From NCBI GenBank assembly GCA_051294905.1, contig CM119381.1:16120001-16184000 (forward strand): DNA of 64,000 nucleotides, given 5' to 3'. Position numbers and translations under genes: made by a program. Numbering within the stretch: the stretch's first letter is position 1; each line of letters opens with the position of its first letter. This stretch comes from Botryllus schlosseri (taxonomy: Eukaryota). Below the pieces are notes generated by a model, which worked only from the letters and a program-made list of their open reading frames with translations, did not search any database and was not told the DNA's origin. Of this stretch, positions 13,060-25,800 are shown in pieces.

Positions 13060-14049
13060 TAGGGTTATCATATTTCTGGAACCCAAATTCCGGACACTCT
13101 GTAGCGCCCACTAGTGGATTTCAAAAGTGGGCCATGACGTCAAACTAGCAAAGCTTTGCTCATACACCAGAGGTGGCCACGATACTGTTCAGGAGTATGT
13201 GGCTATGTGTTGTGCACCGGGACCGAAAGCACGAATGAATTCTGTCAATAATATTGGTTGTTCCATATATTACTATTCAAGTGCTACCCTCTGCCCACAT
13301 GATCAGAGTTAGCGGTAGAGCTGGTGGAGAACGATGAGTTTGAAAATACAGGTTGCGTAATTGCACATCGTTACGTCATGTTCATGTCCTACCTATAAGA
13401 TTGTTTATCAGCCTTATGCCGATACGCACCACGGAGCTTTATAATCACCCCATATCCAGTGGCTTCCAACCTTTTATGGTCGCGACTCCATCTCCAATTT
13501 GAAAATGTTCCGTGGCCCAGATCATAATTTGACGAGTTGATTACTAAAAGAAGCACCTTTGCCCAGACTTACTCACGGGCTATTTTGGAAGCTGATTAGG
13601 TTCAACATATTCGCAAACCCCAGAATGAAGGTAAACGACCCCCCCCCCCCGTTTGGAACCACTATCTTTGAATAAAGCATTTTAACGGCCTTAACGATCT
13701 CTAGGAATATACAGTTCTCCTAGAATTGCGATTACAATTAGGCTTATTCCAATATATGAAGGTTGTTTTTATTTATATTTTATTGCAGTTTTTGCGAGGG
13801 TGGTAGCCTCCATATCAAAATCAGGTAATGTGATAGCAAATCGCCCGCAGCGCGAAGAAAATGATCATGCATCAGCAGAAATATTCACAAAAATATTGTT
13901 TTTATGATGATTTACGAAAAAATTATGAGCCTACGCCAAGTCTTCAAAATTCCGGACATTTAACATATTTTAGAAATTCCTCCAGGACGCTAGTTTGAAC
14001 AGTGAAATTCCGGACATGTCGGGGAAATTCCGGACGTATGGCAACCCTA
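13060..14049. mobile_element. Non-autonomous hAT-type element, about 990 bp
   Basis: TIRs TAGGGTTATCA / TGGCAACCCTA; subterminal aattccggac repeats at both ends; flanks ttttaatt / ttaaaatt (6/8). Confidence 0.65.
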
Positions 14050-14525
14050 TTAAAATTTAATTGCCATTTTCATACTCGTGCACGAAATATATAGGACGTT
14101 CAATCAGGGTTGTAATGACTCGAGTCATGACTCGACTCGACTCGAGTCAGACTCGAGTCACGATTTTTTTGTGACTCGACTTGTACTCGAGTCATTACGC
14201 ATGACTCGACTCAAGTCATTGACTCGGCTTATTTTATATGACTTGAAGGTGAAGAAATTTGCGAATCACAATGGTTAGATCAACGCATCTGATGAATTCT
14301 GCCGACATCGCTATTTGTCACCACTGCTTTCGTTGCACTCGTCTGATATCAGATATGCCGCCGTAAAAACAAAAGACAATGGTATATAGTAGCAATGCAT
14401 TGTACAAAATCATCCAGTGATGAAGAGGTAATAGATCCTCCACCATCAAAGTACTCAAGACTTTTCTATTACAAAAGCAAACAATCGAAGCAAAGTTCAA
14501 TTAGAGCCAATGAAATGACTCAGAT

Positions 14526-14681
14526 GGTCAAGTAGCCTACTTGGAAGAGACTGATAAGCTCATGTGTAGATTTGAAGGCGATGATACTTTGCATTTTTGG
14601 GCGACTAGAATGCATGAGTATCTAATGCTCTTCAATGTGGTTCAAAATTGCTTTTCAATTCCTGCATCTAATGCACCAGTG
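14526..14681 (+). pseudogene. hAT transposase C-terminal dimerisation-domain relic
   Basis: Reads GQVAYLEE...DDTLHFWATRMHEYLMLFNVVQNCFSIPASNAPV, matching the hATC pattern (YL.E...L.WW......YP.L..LA...LSIPASS); upstream in-frame stops. Confidence 0.7.
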
Positions 14682-15576
14682 GTATTTGTATCCAGTGGAT
14701 GTGGATTATTCTAAACTCATGCCGCTTTAACATATCTGAGAATCTCCTTTCCACTTTAGTATTTTTGAAGTGTAACTCATTGATTTGATCTGCTGTCTGT
14801 GAAAACACACAATACCCTCCGTCCATTTGACGTTTTGTTAGGTATGTGCATTGTGCACGTGAGTAATATTGAATGGCTAATGTTGTGTGATGTTTGTACA
14901 ATAGGGCTGATCAAAAATAACTTCTTTTTTATTCTACTGGGTGGCTACTTGATAAAATTGTTATGTGGCATAAAAAGAACACTGAATCTGGCTTAATTTT
15001 AAAAAGTAGAATCAATGCTATGAGAGGAGAAAATTTTGGATTTGAAAATAAATGGAGTATTTTTAGTGAGAAATGATTTCATATAATATAATTACGTACT
15101 AGTAGTAAGTCGACTATTTTTTCATTTTCAAAATATTCCACTCTAATAACTTCGCTTCTTCTAGTTGGAATTGAGCCAAATCTGCTATGAATCATATTTT
15201 TACACAATCTAACAATATCATGAGGTAGCCGGTAAAACTCGAAAGTCTCTATTTGTAATTAATTCAAAATATTTTCTCTTAGCATTGCTTTGTACTGGTT
15301 GGAATTGAGCCAAATTTAAGTTCTTTTCGATAATCTAACAATTTTAAGAAGTAGCCTCCTTTTTGAGCTTTTGTCCTCATTTTAGAGAATTTTGGGTAAA
15401 TGTATGGCAAATTCGACTAAGATAACAGTAAATCAGCACTAAAGTAACGCTCTGGCGACTATTTCGGGAGCTGAGCAGGAAAGTTGACCTTTTTCTGGTC
15501 AACCACTTGATAATGTGAAAGCAAATCTGTACCTCTACATAAACGTTTATCTGCTAATTCTCTACCAGCTTGTATC

Positions 15577-15825
15577 TAGACGTGAATTCGTTGGTTCTCT
15601 ATCAGATAGTATGTCGACGTGAATTCGTTGGTTCTCTATCAGATAGTATGTAGACGTGAATTCGTTGATTCTCTATCAGATAGGAGGTAGACGTGAATTC
15701 GTTGGTTTCCTATCAGATAGTATGTAGACGTGAATTCGTTGGTTCCCTATCAGATAGTATGTAGACGTGAATTCGTTGATTCTCTATCAGATAGTATGTA
15801 GACGTGAATTCGTTAATTCTCTATA
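15577..15825. repeat. 37-bp minisatellite, about 6.7 units
   Basis: Unit tagacgtgaattcgttggttctctatcagatagtatg; gacgtgaattc recurs at 15579, 15616, 15653, 15690, 15727, 15764 and 15801. Confidence 0.95.
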
Positions 15826-16124
15826 AGCTATTTGTGAGCGGTCGTCGATGTGCCAAGACTATGATAGACACAAAATAAGCATGTTTGGCAAGCACGGAAT
15901 TCGATATCACCCAAGCAGGATTGAAAACATAAGTTGAACATGACTTCAATACTGTGACTTGGACTCGGACTCGAGTCATAACACTATGACTCGGACTTGA
16001 CCCTTAAAACGGTGACTTGGACTTGGTGATGAATTGAAAATGACTCGACTCGAGTCAAAACCACAAAAGTAAGATTGACTCGTGACTCGGAACCATGTGA
16101 CTTGGTTACAACCCTGCGTTCTAT

Positions 16125-16368
16125 ACATACCTGTGTTATGTTTTTGCGGCATGCACCGACTCGTGATATACATACACGCGATATGTGCATATGCACACCA
16201 TGATTGCATGATGCGCATATGCCGCTGGACAAGGAAGGTGCAGATAGAGCATTGTATGGCATTCAAAGTCTTTCACCACCCGTCCATGCTATCCGAAAAT
16301 GGTGAGCGCCAATCGGGGAAGCCATGAATACAAGTGTAACTAATCAGGTCAGCCGGACGCTCCACCAG
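16125..16368 (-). mobile_element. tRNA-derived SINE, family B (MetaSINE-like core), copy with a deletion in the tRNA head
   Basis: Colinear with 41860-42190 (accgactcgtgatatac...gctggacaagga...gagcgccaa...aatcaggt...ccggacgc). Confidence 0.65.
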
Positions 16369-16813
16369 CACTCAAACTCTGTCGAAATGGTAGTCAACAT
16401 CAGGAGGCGCGGCATTTTGTTACATTCCCGAAGTTTCACGTCCCGTAAACCAGTAGAAAAGTCGGCTATTCGCGCGACATGAAGGTTTCAACGTGGTAGC
16501 CGGACTTCTTGATCGGTTCAACCCCCGGCTGGGTTAGAACAAAGACTCGAAAACCGGTATACGCCGCTATCCCGCTCATCATCCACGGATAGCATGGCGA
16601 AAAATGATAGTGCGGACTAGATGAGGTCGTATGACATCTCCATCGTCAAAGCATCTCGATGACGCAGACGAAAGTTAATTTGATCTCTCTCTCTCTCCAT
16701 CAAATATAATGCAGGCCGGACTTTGTCACAATAACTTGAACAACTTGAGGTAGCGAAATTGGGCCAAAAGTCACACAGAATAACGCAACCATCAAAATGT
16801 GTATATATATTCA

Positions 16814-16819
16814 TTTATT
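16814..16819 (-). other. Candidate polyadenylation signal of the CCDC154-like gene
   Basis: AATAAA on the minus strand (tttatt) 36 nt past the TGA at 16856-16858. Confidence 0.55.
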
Positions 16820-16855
16820 ACAAAACAGTACGCATGGTCACGCCAGCCCAAGTTT

Positions 16856-19800
16856 TCAAGGAGTAGGAGCACCCTGACTCGGACGACTTCGTTGTCTGGA
16901 CGGCGCCGGGCTATTCTGCTTTGGCGTTTGCGCGTTCGAACGCGGCGTGGTTGGATTGTTGCCCGTCCGAGAAGCAACGCGGCTACCGCCGGACTGCGAG
17001 GCCGCTCTGGAATTGCTTTGACGCAAACTGGTCTTGGATCCTAAAGAAACACAAATATGCAGACATGGTCAAACTGGTCATCGTCGCTAGAGAGAGAGAG
17101 AGAGAGAGAAGGAGAAATACATAACAAGCAGACAGCAATAGCGGTGGTACAGAAAATAAAATACGCATGCACTGCACAGTCGTCTGTATTAGATAGAGAT
17201 GATCGAAAATCGATACGACCTTCGAGGTCAACTTTAGTCTGATCGCACCCGCATCAAACAGGTACACTTGTCTCTATAGTCTATACCAGACCTGGGCCAA
17301 GTGCGGCCCACGAAGCTATTCTGTGCGGCCCGCGAAAGGTTGCTAGGAATTCAAAACATACAACTTGCTTTTTGAATGACTAAAACCATAGGCTGAATCA
17401 ACTGAACAGGAAATTTGTTTACTTTGAACTTTCAAGCCTGTTCGGTAATATGCCACGATTACGCTGCCTATACGTATGCGTAATCCAGATTCAACATAAC
17501 GGCAATGCGGCAAAGTGTGAGTAGCAATTAAAGTCACAAGAAATCACTCTTTCAATATAGTTTAGTTCCAACCTTCTTTGTTGCCATTGTCACATTACTG
17601 ATTATACGGTATACGTTTTAAATTGTTACGTGATACGTTTCCAAATCCCCAATTCGTAAAACAAGTCAATCAGTGCTTGCGATTACTATATGACTCATCA
17701 TATCTATGACTAGGGCTGGGCAAAATCGAGTACCTGAGTGATTCGATTCTGAATCACGTAATATGCTTCGAGTCGAGTCGAGTAATCGAGTATCCCTCAT
17801 TATGACGTCACAACAGAATGTACTGTGTCGAAGTTCAAATATGTACCTTTTATGCCTTGGCTGCGTTTAAACTATATCTGGTATGGTGCGACACGGCCAA
17901 TCAAGGTTTCAAGGCCTCCTCAGTGGAAAATAGTATCAACATTATAATTATCGTTAGTAAATTAACTTTTAGTTGCGAGGAGCGTATATTTTCAGTACTC
18001 GAAAAATTAGTCTTTTACTACTCGACTCGAATCATTAGAATTAATACTCGATTCAGATTCGAGTACTCGAATCATTGTGCCCAGCCCTATCTATGACCCA
18101 TAAAGGATGAACGGGCACATCCTAAAAAGAATGCCGAAAACTGAAATTTAAAGGTTTAGTGCACTAAATATTTGTATACTGGAGTCAGGGGTAAAACCGA
18201 CCTTTTAGCTTTTGCCAAGCATGTGGCAGAGATTAGGGATTTTAATTAAAGTCGGTCTAATGACAAAAAAACACGAAACACTCGGTCAAGGGAGGGCGAA
18301 TTTCAGAAAAAATGCACGGTACGCTCAACATCAAGGCTGCGCTCCACATTGCTCGGAATGCAGCGACCAAGGCAATAAACTTCGCACTATCGCATATACA
18401 TTTCAGTGCAGTGGTTGTCGAACTTGGGGGCGTGAAAGTATCTGAAGGGGGGTGCGAAGCCGAAGTTCGATGATTTTGACTGCAAATGACCGCATTCGAT
18501 ATTGCAAGATGCATCTTCGCAACTAGCGCGAAATCACTGATGACACTGTAAATAGGGACAATCTTATAAAATACATTCAGAAACCGTGATTCAGGGAATA
18601 TTTCACCATAGATCAGTGATCGGGAACCTATGGCTCGCGAGCCATAGATGGCTCTTTTGGGTATAAGATATGGCTCTTTGCCAAATATTTATTTTTATAT
18701 TGAATTGATCAATATTACAACGAGTAGTTGGTAAATTTTAATCACGGCCAAAATAATTATTCTCGTGGCAGCAAACATGTCTTTGAGAGGTAAAGACAAT
18801 GTTGTCTTCAAGTTTAGGGGCTCCGACCCCCTCTTTTCAAAATCATCAAATTTAAGTTACTGTGGCGCCGGCGGCCACTATCACTCGCGAATTCTATGTA
18901 CCAGACTCGAACTCTTGAATTGTGCGATACGTTGATTAATCGAAGAGCATAGCAGACACGGCGCCGCCCATTTCAAAACGCAGTTTTCAAATACGCATCG
19001 TCTTCCTGATCTACGTCGCGAAATGAACTGTTGTGAATGTGACAATTACAAACTCGAATTACACACAACATCATAGCTATCCACGTTCTTGATCGGTAAG
19101 TATAGCTCTGTGTAGTACCGGTGATAAAATGAAGGCGTGTAGCGCAACGTTATGTTACCGCCGAATACTTTGAGAAGTCGATAAGTATATAGATTTTCGC
19201 AATCAGTGTGACAGTCACATTCGAATAATATCAGTTGAAATATATTCTAAGCTACATATGAATTGCGTTATCAAGGGTGAGGCTTGGCCCGTCTGTTCTG
19301 TACCTCTCGTTTTGACCTTTATTTCCGAACAATGAATACTAGATTTTACTGAGAAAATATGGCGGACACGAGGAATCCCATGTAGTGAGTTCGAATTGGT
19401 GCTACGATGACGTCATGAATTTTTTAATTGTGACGTAACAGTTGATTGGCATGTATGGCTCTTTGGGAGTTGAGATGGAAAAAATAGGGCCATTATGGCT
19501 CTTCGGATAAAAAAGGTTCCCGACCACTGCCATAGATTCTTATGACAATGTCACTCATAAAAGTGTTGCAAACTCATAACAAAACTAATTTCTGCTTCTC
19601 AAAATACAAAGTGTAAAAAGCAAGTGTTTTTTCCTAAAAAAGTGCTGAAGAAGAAGTGGCAGTGATCTAAAAACTCTCAGCGAAGAAAGTGTGTATTCAC
19701 ACCCGCGTATAACCCATGATATACGGGTGTGAATATACACCCCAGGTACAAGAAACCAGAACCTACCTTAGACTTACACGGTGGTATAGATCAAACACAA

Positions 19801-22800
19801 CATGTTAATTAAAAGGATGCTTGCATTTATGGACGTAGGAAGGCATGCGCGTAAAGGCACGAGGCATTCATAACCGCGATAGAATTCGTATTCTGTTTTC
19901 GTGTTCAACACTTTGGGTGTGAATGAACACTTTTTTCGCTGAGAGAGTAGGCAAAACCAATTTGATTACTGCGTAGAAGTATAAACACTTCGTTGCTGAC
20001 CGCCACTTCGTACCGTACAGGAGATTTCTAGGACTGCGGCAGTTTGTAATCACTCACCAGCAGCGGACTTAGTCGGGGTTTGGGTGTTACCCAAGTCCAT
20101 GTCGCTCCCGTCTGCAGTCGGTCTCGGGGGCGTGGCCCCCCTTTTCGTGAGACCCGGGCTGTTTTCGTCTCCGTCGTCCATATTGGCGAGCGACTCGCCT
20201 TGGTTGTACCAGGCGGGATTGCTAGCGTCGTCTTCCTCGTCGCCCAATCTCACGGACGTATCGCTCTCTCCGTGCAAGCCCATCTCGCCGAACGGCTGTA
20301 AGGTATCATATCATATCATCAACAGGGTGTCGTTTCTAATGGTAGAATAACCAAAGGAGGCCAAAGGCGTTAGCATTATAACTCAAGAATATGTAGGCCT
20401 ATGCCGCGAATGCCGCTAGCTTCCAGTCAATTACAAGTAGAAATGAATGGTTTGAAAAATACTCCAAGCAAGCAGTTTTGTAAATTAGATTTGTTCGGAG
20501 GTGTCGCATTCTTTCAGCAGTAAATGGGAGGTGAGCGTCTTCCGAAATCGTAAGATGCATCTTCGCGACTACGCAAAATGACTGAACACACTACAAATTT
20601 TCGAAAATATACTTTGTTATTCGGGCCATTACGGCATATGGTAATTTGATTCACAAAAAGGATTCGAGCCAATCGCAAAACTACGTTCTGCTTTACATAA
20701 GCCACGATGTAAAACGTAAGATGTTGTGCCTTAGAACTGCTAAGTAGAAATGGAAGCATATAGCCGATCCATCTGAGTAAGTAGTGCCAGCAGTAAAGCC
20801 TAACGTGAGTACTGCAAAAAGTAAGTGCTCCGTAACTGACCACCACTGCAAATTGGTCCACCGAATCGAACACTTGGCCACTAACACACTGGAGCTGGTG
20901 AACGGATGCAGCAACTGAGCCGTTGACAGATGCGTCCAAACTAACTATAAACTATAACGATGTCGAATATATTTCTTTTCAATACGTTTCGAAACGTAAA
21001 CCAATCCGGCACGTTTTGTAGATATAGACATCAGACAGCATTCATTCTGCGTGCGCTCTCGTCTCCTCAAAATCTCTTGAGCCTCAAAGTTGTAGTTATT
21101 TTAGTATTCGCAATGCTATGCGTAGCAATATTGGTCATTTTATTACAGGTCGATTCCTAAGCTGCCAACTCTTATCATGGCCCAGTCTTGTCCTATAGGC
21201 TTTTGTAAGACCCAGCGTATACGCGGATCAGATGGTTAGGAGGACCCTAGATAAGCCTCCAGCGCTTACGTATATGAATTCTGACTCGAACACATTGGTG
21301 TTGCAGCAGTGAAACGTATCACTACGCTATCGCGGCCACATTCCAATCGGAGTAAATTGCAATTTCAAACTTTTCATTCCGGCTATACATCCCTATATTG
21401 CCAACAATCAATAAAGTTAATGTACTTACTACCGGCGCTGGTTCATTCTGTCTTGGCGTGCCTGGTTGTGAGCCCCACGCTGTGCGACCTATGACGGATA
21501 GGAAAACTTCAACATTAGCGAATTTTAGCCTCTTTTGCGTTCTATGCATATACCCGGAAGACTCCGAGCCGGCGTCCGTTGCATTGTCGGCGTGGGTGTC
21601 TCGTAGTCGTCCTCAAGTCCCGGCGACGGAGTCCGCTCCCGCTCTTGCATTACGCGCTGTTGTCTTCTGCGGATGCGCGCGCGTTGAAGTAAGCGTAACC
21701 ATCGCATCTTGATGGAGTACCATCTGGAAATGAACGGTGGACGAATGAGGAATAACTTTGCTGCGCGACGTAGATTTGAGTGTAGATTTGGCCGAGGGTT
21801 GGTTTGCTTTTGACAGTTAAGCGGTGACGGGTGCTTTCGAAATTGCAAGATGCATCATCGCAACTAACGACGCTACAAACAGTAGCAGTCTTCGAAGATA
21901 TATGCAGCAGATACTGCGATGGACTTTGCACGCGGTTCTAATGACGATTTCACGCGTAAAAGTGATGCATACTTATCCCGAAACTGCTTTCTTCTCTTCA
22001 AAATCCAAAGCGCGAAAAGTAGGTAGTTTTGTTTAAGATTTGTTGAAGTAGAAATGGATATAGTCTAAAAACGTAACTACTTGAGTACTTTGAAAAAGTG
22101 GATGTATTTTCTTACTGACTTCTGGAAGAGGGGACCTCGGATACCATTAAAGGAGCGTGTCTCGGAGAGATTGGAGGCCACCCTCTAAAAACCAGCGAAC
22201 TTGCATATTCATTATTCACTGTGAGGCAATCAGTGAGAAATAGTTCGCATCTATTTCTGCGTCTTCAACCAACTATACTAACAGAGCATTTCTCCTTAAT
22301 GTGTAAACGGCGTTCATAGCCAACAACTGTGCAGTCTACATGTACAGGAGAGTTGATTAGGACATGGCCTGCTTTATCCTAGCTTATCTACACTCATACT
22401 GAATACTCCGCGTGACTACACTATATCACTGTATATAACATATGATAGTATGCGATTTTCACAAAAAATATGAATTTTCAACCAACTAATATCACGTGAC
22501 GATAGAATACCAAGATAAAATACAAACACAGCGTTGCTACCCGAAGTTTACCTCAAGCACTGATAAATCCCCCATTCGTTCAAAGTGGGCGGCGGTTTTT
22601 TCACGAACTGCTTCGATTTGGTCGTCTGCTGCCACAGCAGGGGCTGGACTTGTACCCGCAGCTTGGCGAGCTCCTTCTTGATCGAGCTGGCCTCCTCGAG
22701 CCGCATTTTCTCTTCCGAATTCAGCCTGATGTTGTGGGCGTTGCGGACGTCTGTTAGCGTTCGCGAAAACTGAAAAAGAGCGAAGCATAAGTCACAACCA

Positions 22801-25800
22801 GCACGTAGGCGCGTTCACTGGCCCGCAAAGAGGTATTTCTGCTCTGAGTTGGTCAGGTACGGAGTACTTATTCTTTTTCCAAATACTCAAGTGCTTATGT
22901 TTTACGCCACTTCCACCTCTACATTACAGCTTTGTAGGTATAAAGCTACTTGTTTTTAACGCTTTGTATTTTGTAAAGTAGAAAGTAGTTTTGGGATGTA
23001 CTCGCATCGCATTTACGAGTGAAATTGTCATGACCCTGTATCACAGCAACTGAATGTATTTTACGAAAATTGAACCAGTTTTGTAATTGGTCATTTTGCG
23101 CTAGTCGCGAAGATGAATCTTGCAATTTTCAAAGTGGCACCTCCCATTCGCCGTTAGAAGTACGCGATCCATCGACAAAATCTACTTGAACTATTTCCAT
23201 GGTTACTTTTCAAATCTACATTTACTACTTCGACCTGAAGTAGTATTGACATGTCTTATAAATTTCTACTTCTACCTGTGCTAGGAAAGAAAATTACGTC
23301 GTTATATCTACTTCTACTCGAGTAGCAACGCCTATTACTTCGACTACATCTGCCGATATGGCCATCTTTTAGATATGACGAGACAGCATACACTCCACCT
23401 GGTTTAGAGTGCCGACTGCGGTCGCCAGCTGTTGCTGCAGGTCGTCCACGCGTTTGTGGTCGACTTCGCTGACGGCCTGTATCGAGTCGGTACGGTGGGA
23501 AATCATGCGTATTCTGCTCTCGGCGGCTTCCGCGTCTTTTCGGCGCGCTTCGTTCTCGACGTCCGAGCGCATTTCCGCGTCTTCCTGCAGCCTGTTCACG
23601 CGCTCCTTCGTTTCTTTCAATTCTTGCGGTAGTTCTGGGTTTGATTATAGCGAGTGAGCGACTCGAATCCAATGGGAGGTATAGGGATGCACTATCCACG
23701 GCTGCGAATTACTGTAACTAGCGGGCACGACAAGCAAACGGAATTGGATTCCGGTATATCCGTAAATATCCGGAGCATGAAGTATCGTAGAGAGAGAGAG
23801 AAAGAGAGGGAGTGTGAGAAAGAGAGACTTGTATTTCCCATCCAACCGAAATGCATAAAGATCAAAAATCATCAATAACGATACAGGAAAAAACGCAAAC
23901 GCGATATTCGGTATATCGGATATTTTCGATACGGGCTTGGAAGTCAGCTAGTTTCATTACACCCGCATCAAACAATAGACCATTTCAAGATAAATAGTGA
24001 TTCTAGGTAACCTATAGCAATAGCAGCCACTTTGTGACGAGCTAACCTGCTGGTTAACCAACTTAAGATAAAACGTGAAGTAAGCGGGAAAGATCGTATG
24101 TGCGCACTTTGCACGGTTGGACACTGAACAGAAACGCATTCACTAAACTGAGTAAACTACAATACAAGCTCGACTTTTCCATCGTTTCGTAAATTTATAT
24201 CATCCAATATAACCAATCTAACACAGACATCACGACATCACAGGACCTTCACGTATTATACACTGAAAAATGATACCGTACTCGCAGAATAGGTCAACGT
24301 AGGATGTTTTCTTGAGATAAAGAAAGAGCGAATAGCAACGATGCACACTGCACACGTTTCCCATAATACGAACAATAGGGGTCTTCAAAAATGACTCTTT
24401 TTCACAAATCGTACTGGCTACTTAAATAGAAACTTTATTCTCATGCAGCAATGCGGCTACTGGTTGGAATTGAACCAAATTTGGTGTGTAGGCTTAAATT
24501 AGGTAACCTAACAATTTTATCAAGTAGCCAGTACGATTTGAGAAAAAAAGTCATTTTTGAAGACCCCTAACGAGATAGGTTCCAGAGTTTCAGAATTCGA
24601 ATTACAGTATGCTATGAGTCATGCAAAAATCATTATGCCAGGCAATTTCTACCGACAGGGCACGGGACCAAACAGCCTTAAAGCTATCTAAGTCTACCGG
24701 TAGGTTTATACCCCTTCGTCGCAGAACATGATGTATCAACCGAGCTAAAAATAAATGAAGAAAGATGCATCAAAACGATTTTCGGTGTTGAATTAGTTAG
24801 ATGAATTCTACAAGGGTTACAAATAATGCTTATTAACTACTATAAACAACTATATTGTAAGGTTGTAGGCACCAAATGTATGCATATATACTACAAAACA
24901 AAAGTATACCGTCAAGAATGGCCTGGATGTTGGCCACGTCCTTATTGATGCCTTGCCTCCATTCTCGAAAATCCTGCGTCACGTCGGTCAGTTTATCTCG
25001 GAATGTCACTGATATTTCGTTGATTTTTACTTCATACGTTTCATCCTGAAAAGCAAAGGTGTCCCGAAGATATTTTTCGCAGGCGATATAGAATGTGAGT
25101 AGCATATCCAAAAGAATTGCTTCGGTGTTGTTGCTGTTTTATTTGTTATTATTTTGATCATTTCAAACCACCACAAGACTGCGATACAATGAAAAATAGG
25201 AAGGAATCGCAATGACTTGGAGTATAGACTATCAATCAATCAAAAATGTAGCCGGAAATAAGATTTGGTCAGGTTAAAGTGTACTGGTACTGCGATGATA
25301 ACGGGGAATTACTTGCTGTGTAATCCTTGCTGCTAACGCAGTCAAGCGCGCATCCGAGTCGGTGATGGCCCTGTTAACTCGGGAATGTTCCTCCGCGAGC
25401 CTCGCTTTAACCTGCGACAGTAAAAAACCTGCGTTGTACCGGCGGATGGCTTGCCTTTCGCAGCGATTTGGTAGCGAGCGACTCACGTCGTTGGTAATTT
25501 GCTCTTTGTCACGCGTCAATTGAAATTGCACTCCGCCGATCGCCTGTTGCAGCGTCGACAACGCCACTCGGAGTTGTTCTTGCACGGAGTCGACTTGTGA
25601 AATGATGTTTCCGGATTGTTTTTCGCGTTTCGTGATCTCGGCGAGCAAAACTTTCTCCAGGCCTTTCCTGTGTAATCGTTCGACAAGATTTATGGATTTA
25701 CTTGTTTACTTTTGACTATACCATTAATATCAGACCACAGACAAGTGATTACGAACTCTCAGCAATATAAGGCAGTGTATCTCAACCTTCTTTAGTTCGC

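Larger units (their letters stand above)
14105..16116 (+). mobile_element. Internally deleted hAT transposon, 2012 bp, with transposase relic, nested fragments and a minisatellite
   Basis: TIRs CAGGGTTGTAA / TTACAACCCTG; TSD cgttcaat / cgttctat (7/8); dense gactcgagtc subterminal repeats at both ends. Confidence 0.85.

Noticed and set aside
13457-13664. CAGTGGCTTCCAACC...GGAACCACTA MITE nested in the 13060-14049 element
   Set aside because: The right end is degenerate and no TSD can be read, so it is not listed as a confident feature.
15577-15825. 37-bp repeat with CRISPR-like length and partial dyad (gaattc)
   Set aside because: Units are contiguous with no unique spacers, it lies inside a eukaryotic hAT element, and there are no cas genes; it is a minisatellite.
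15976-16327. Several overlapping 80-96 aa ORFs
   Set aside because: Produced by gactcgagtc subterminal repeats and SINE sequence; no protein similarity.
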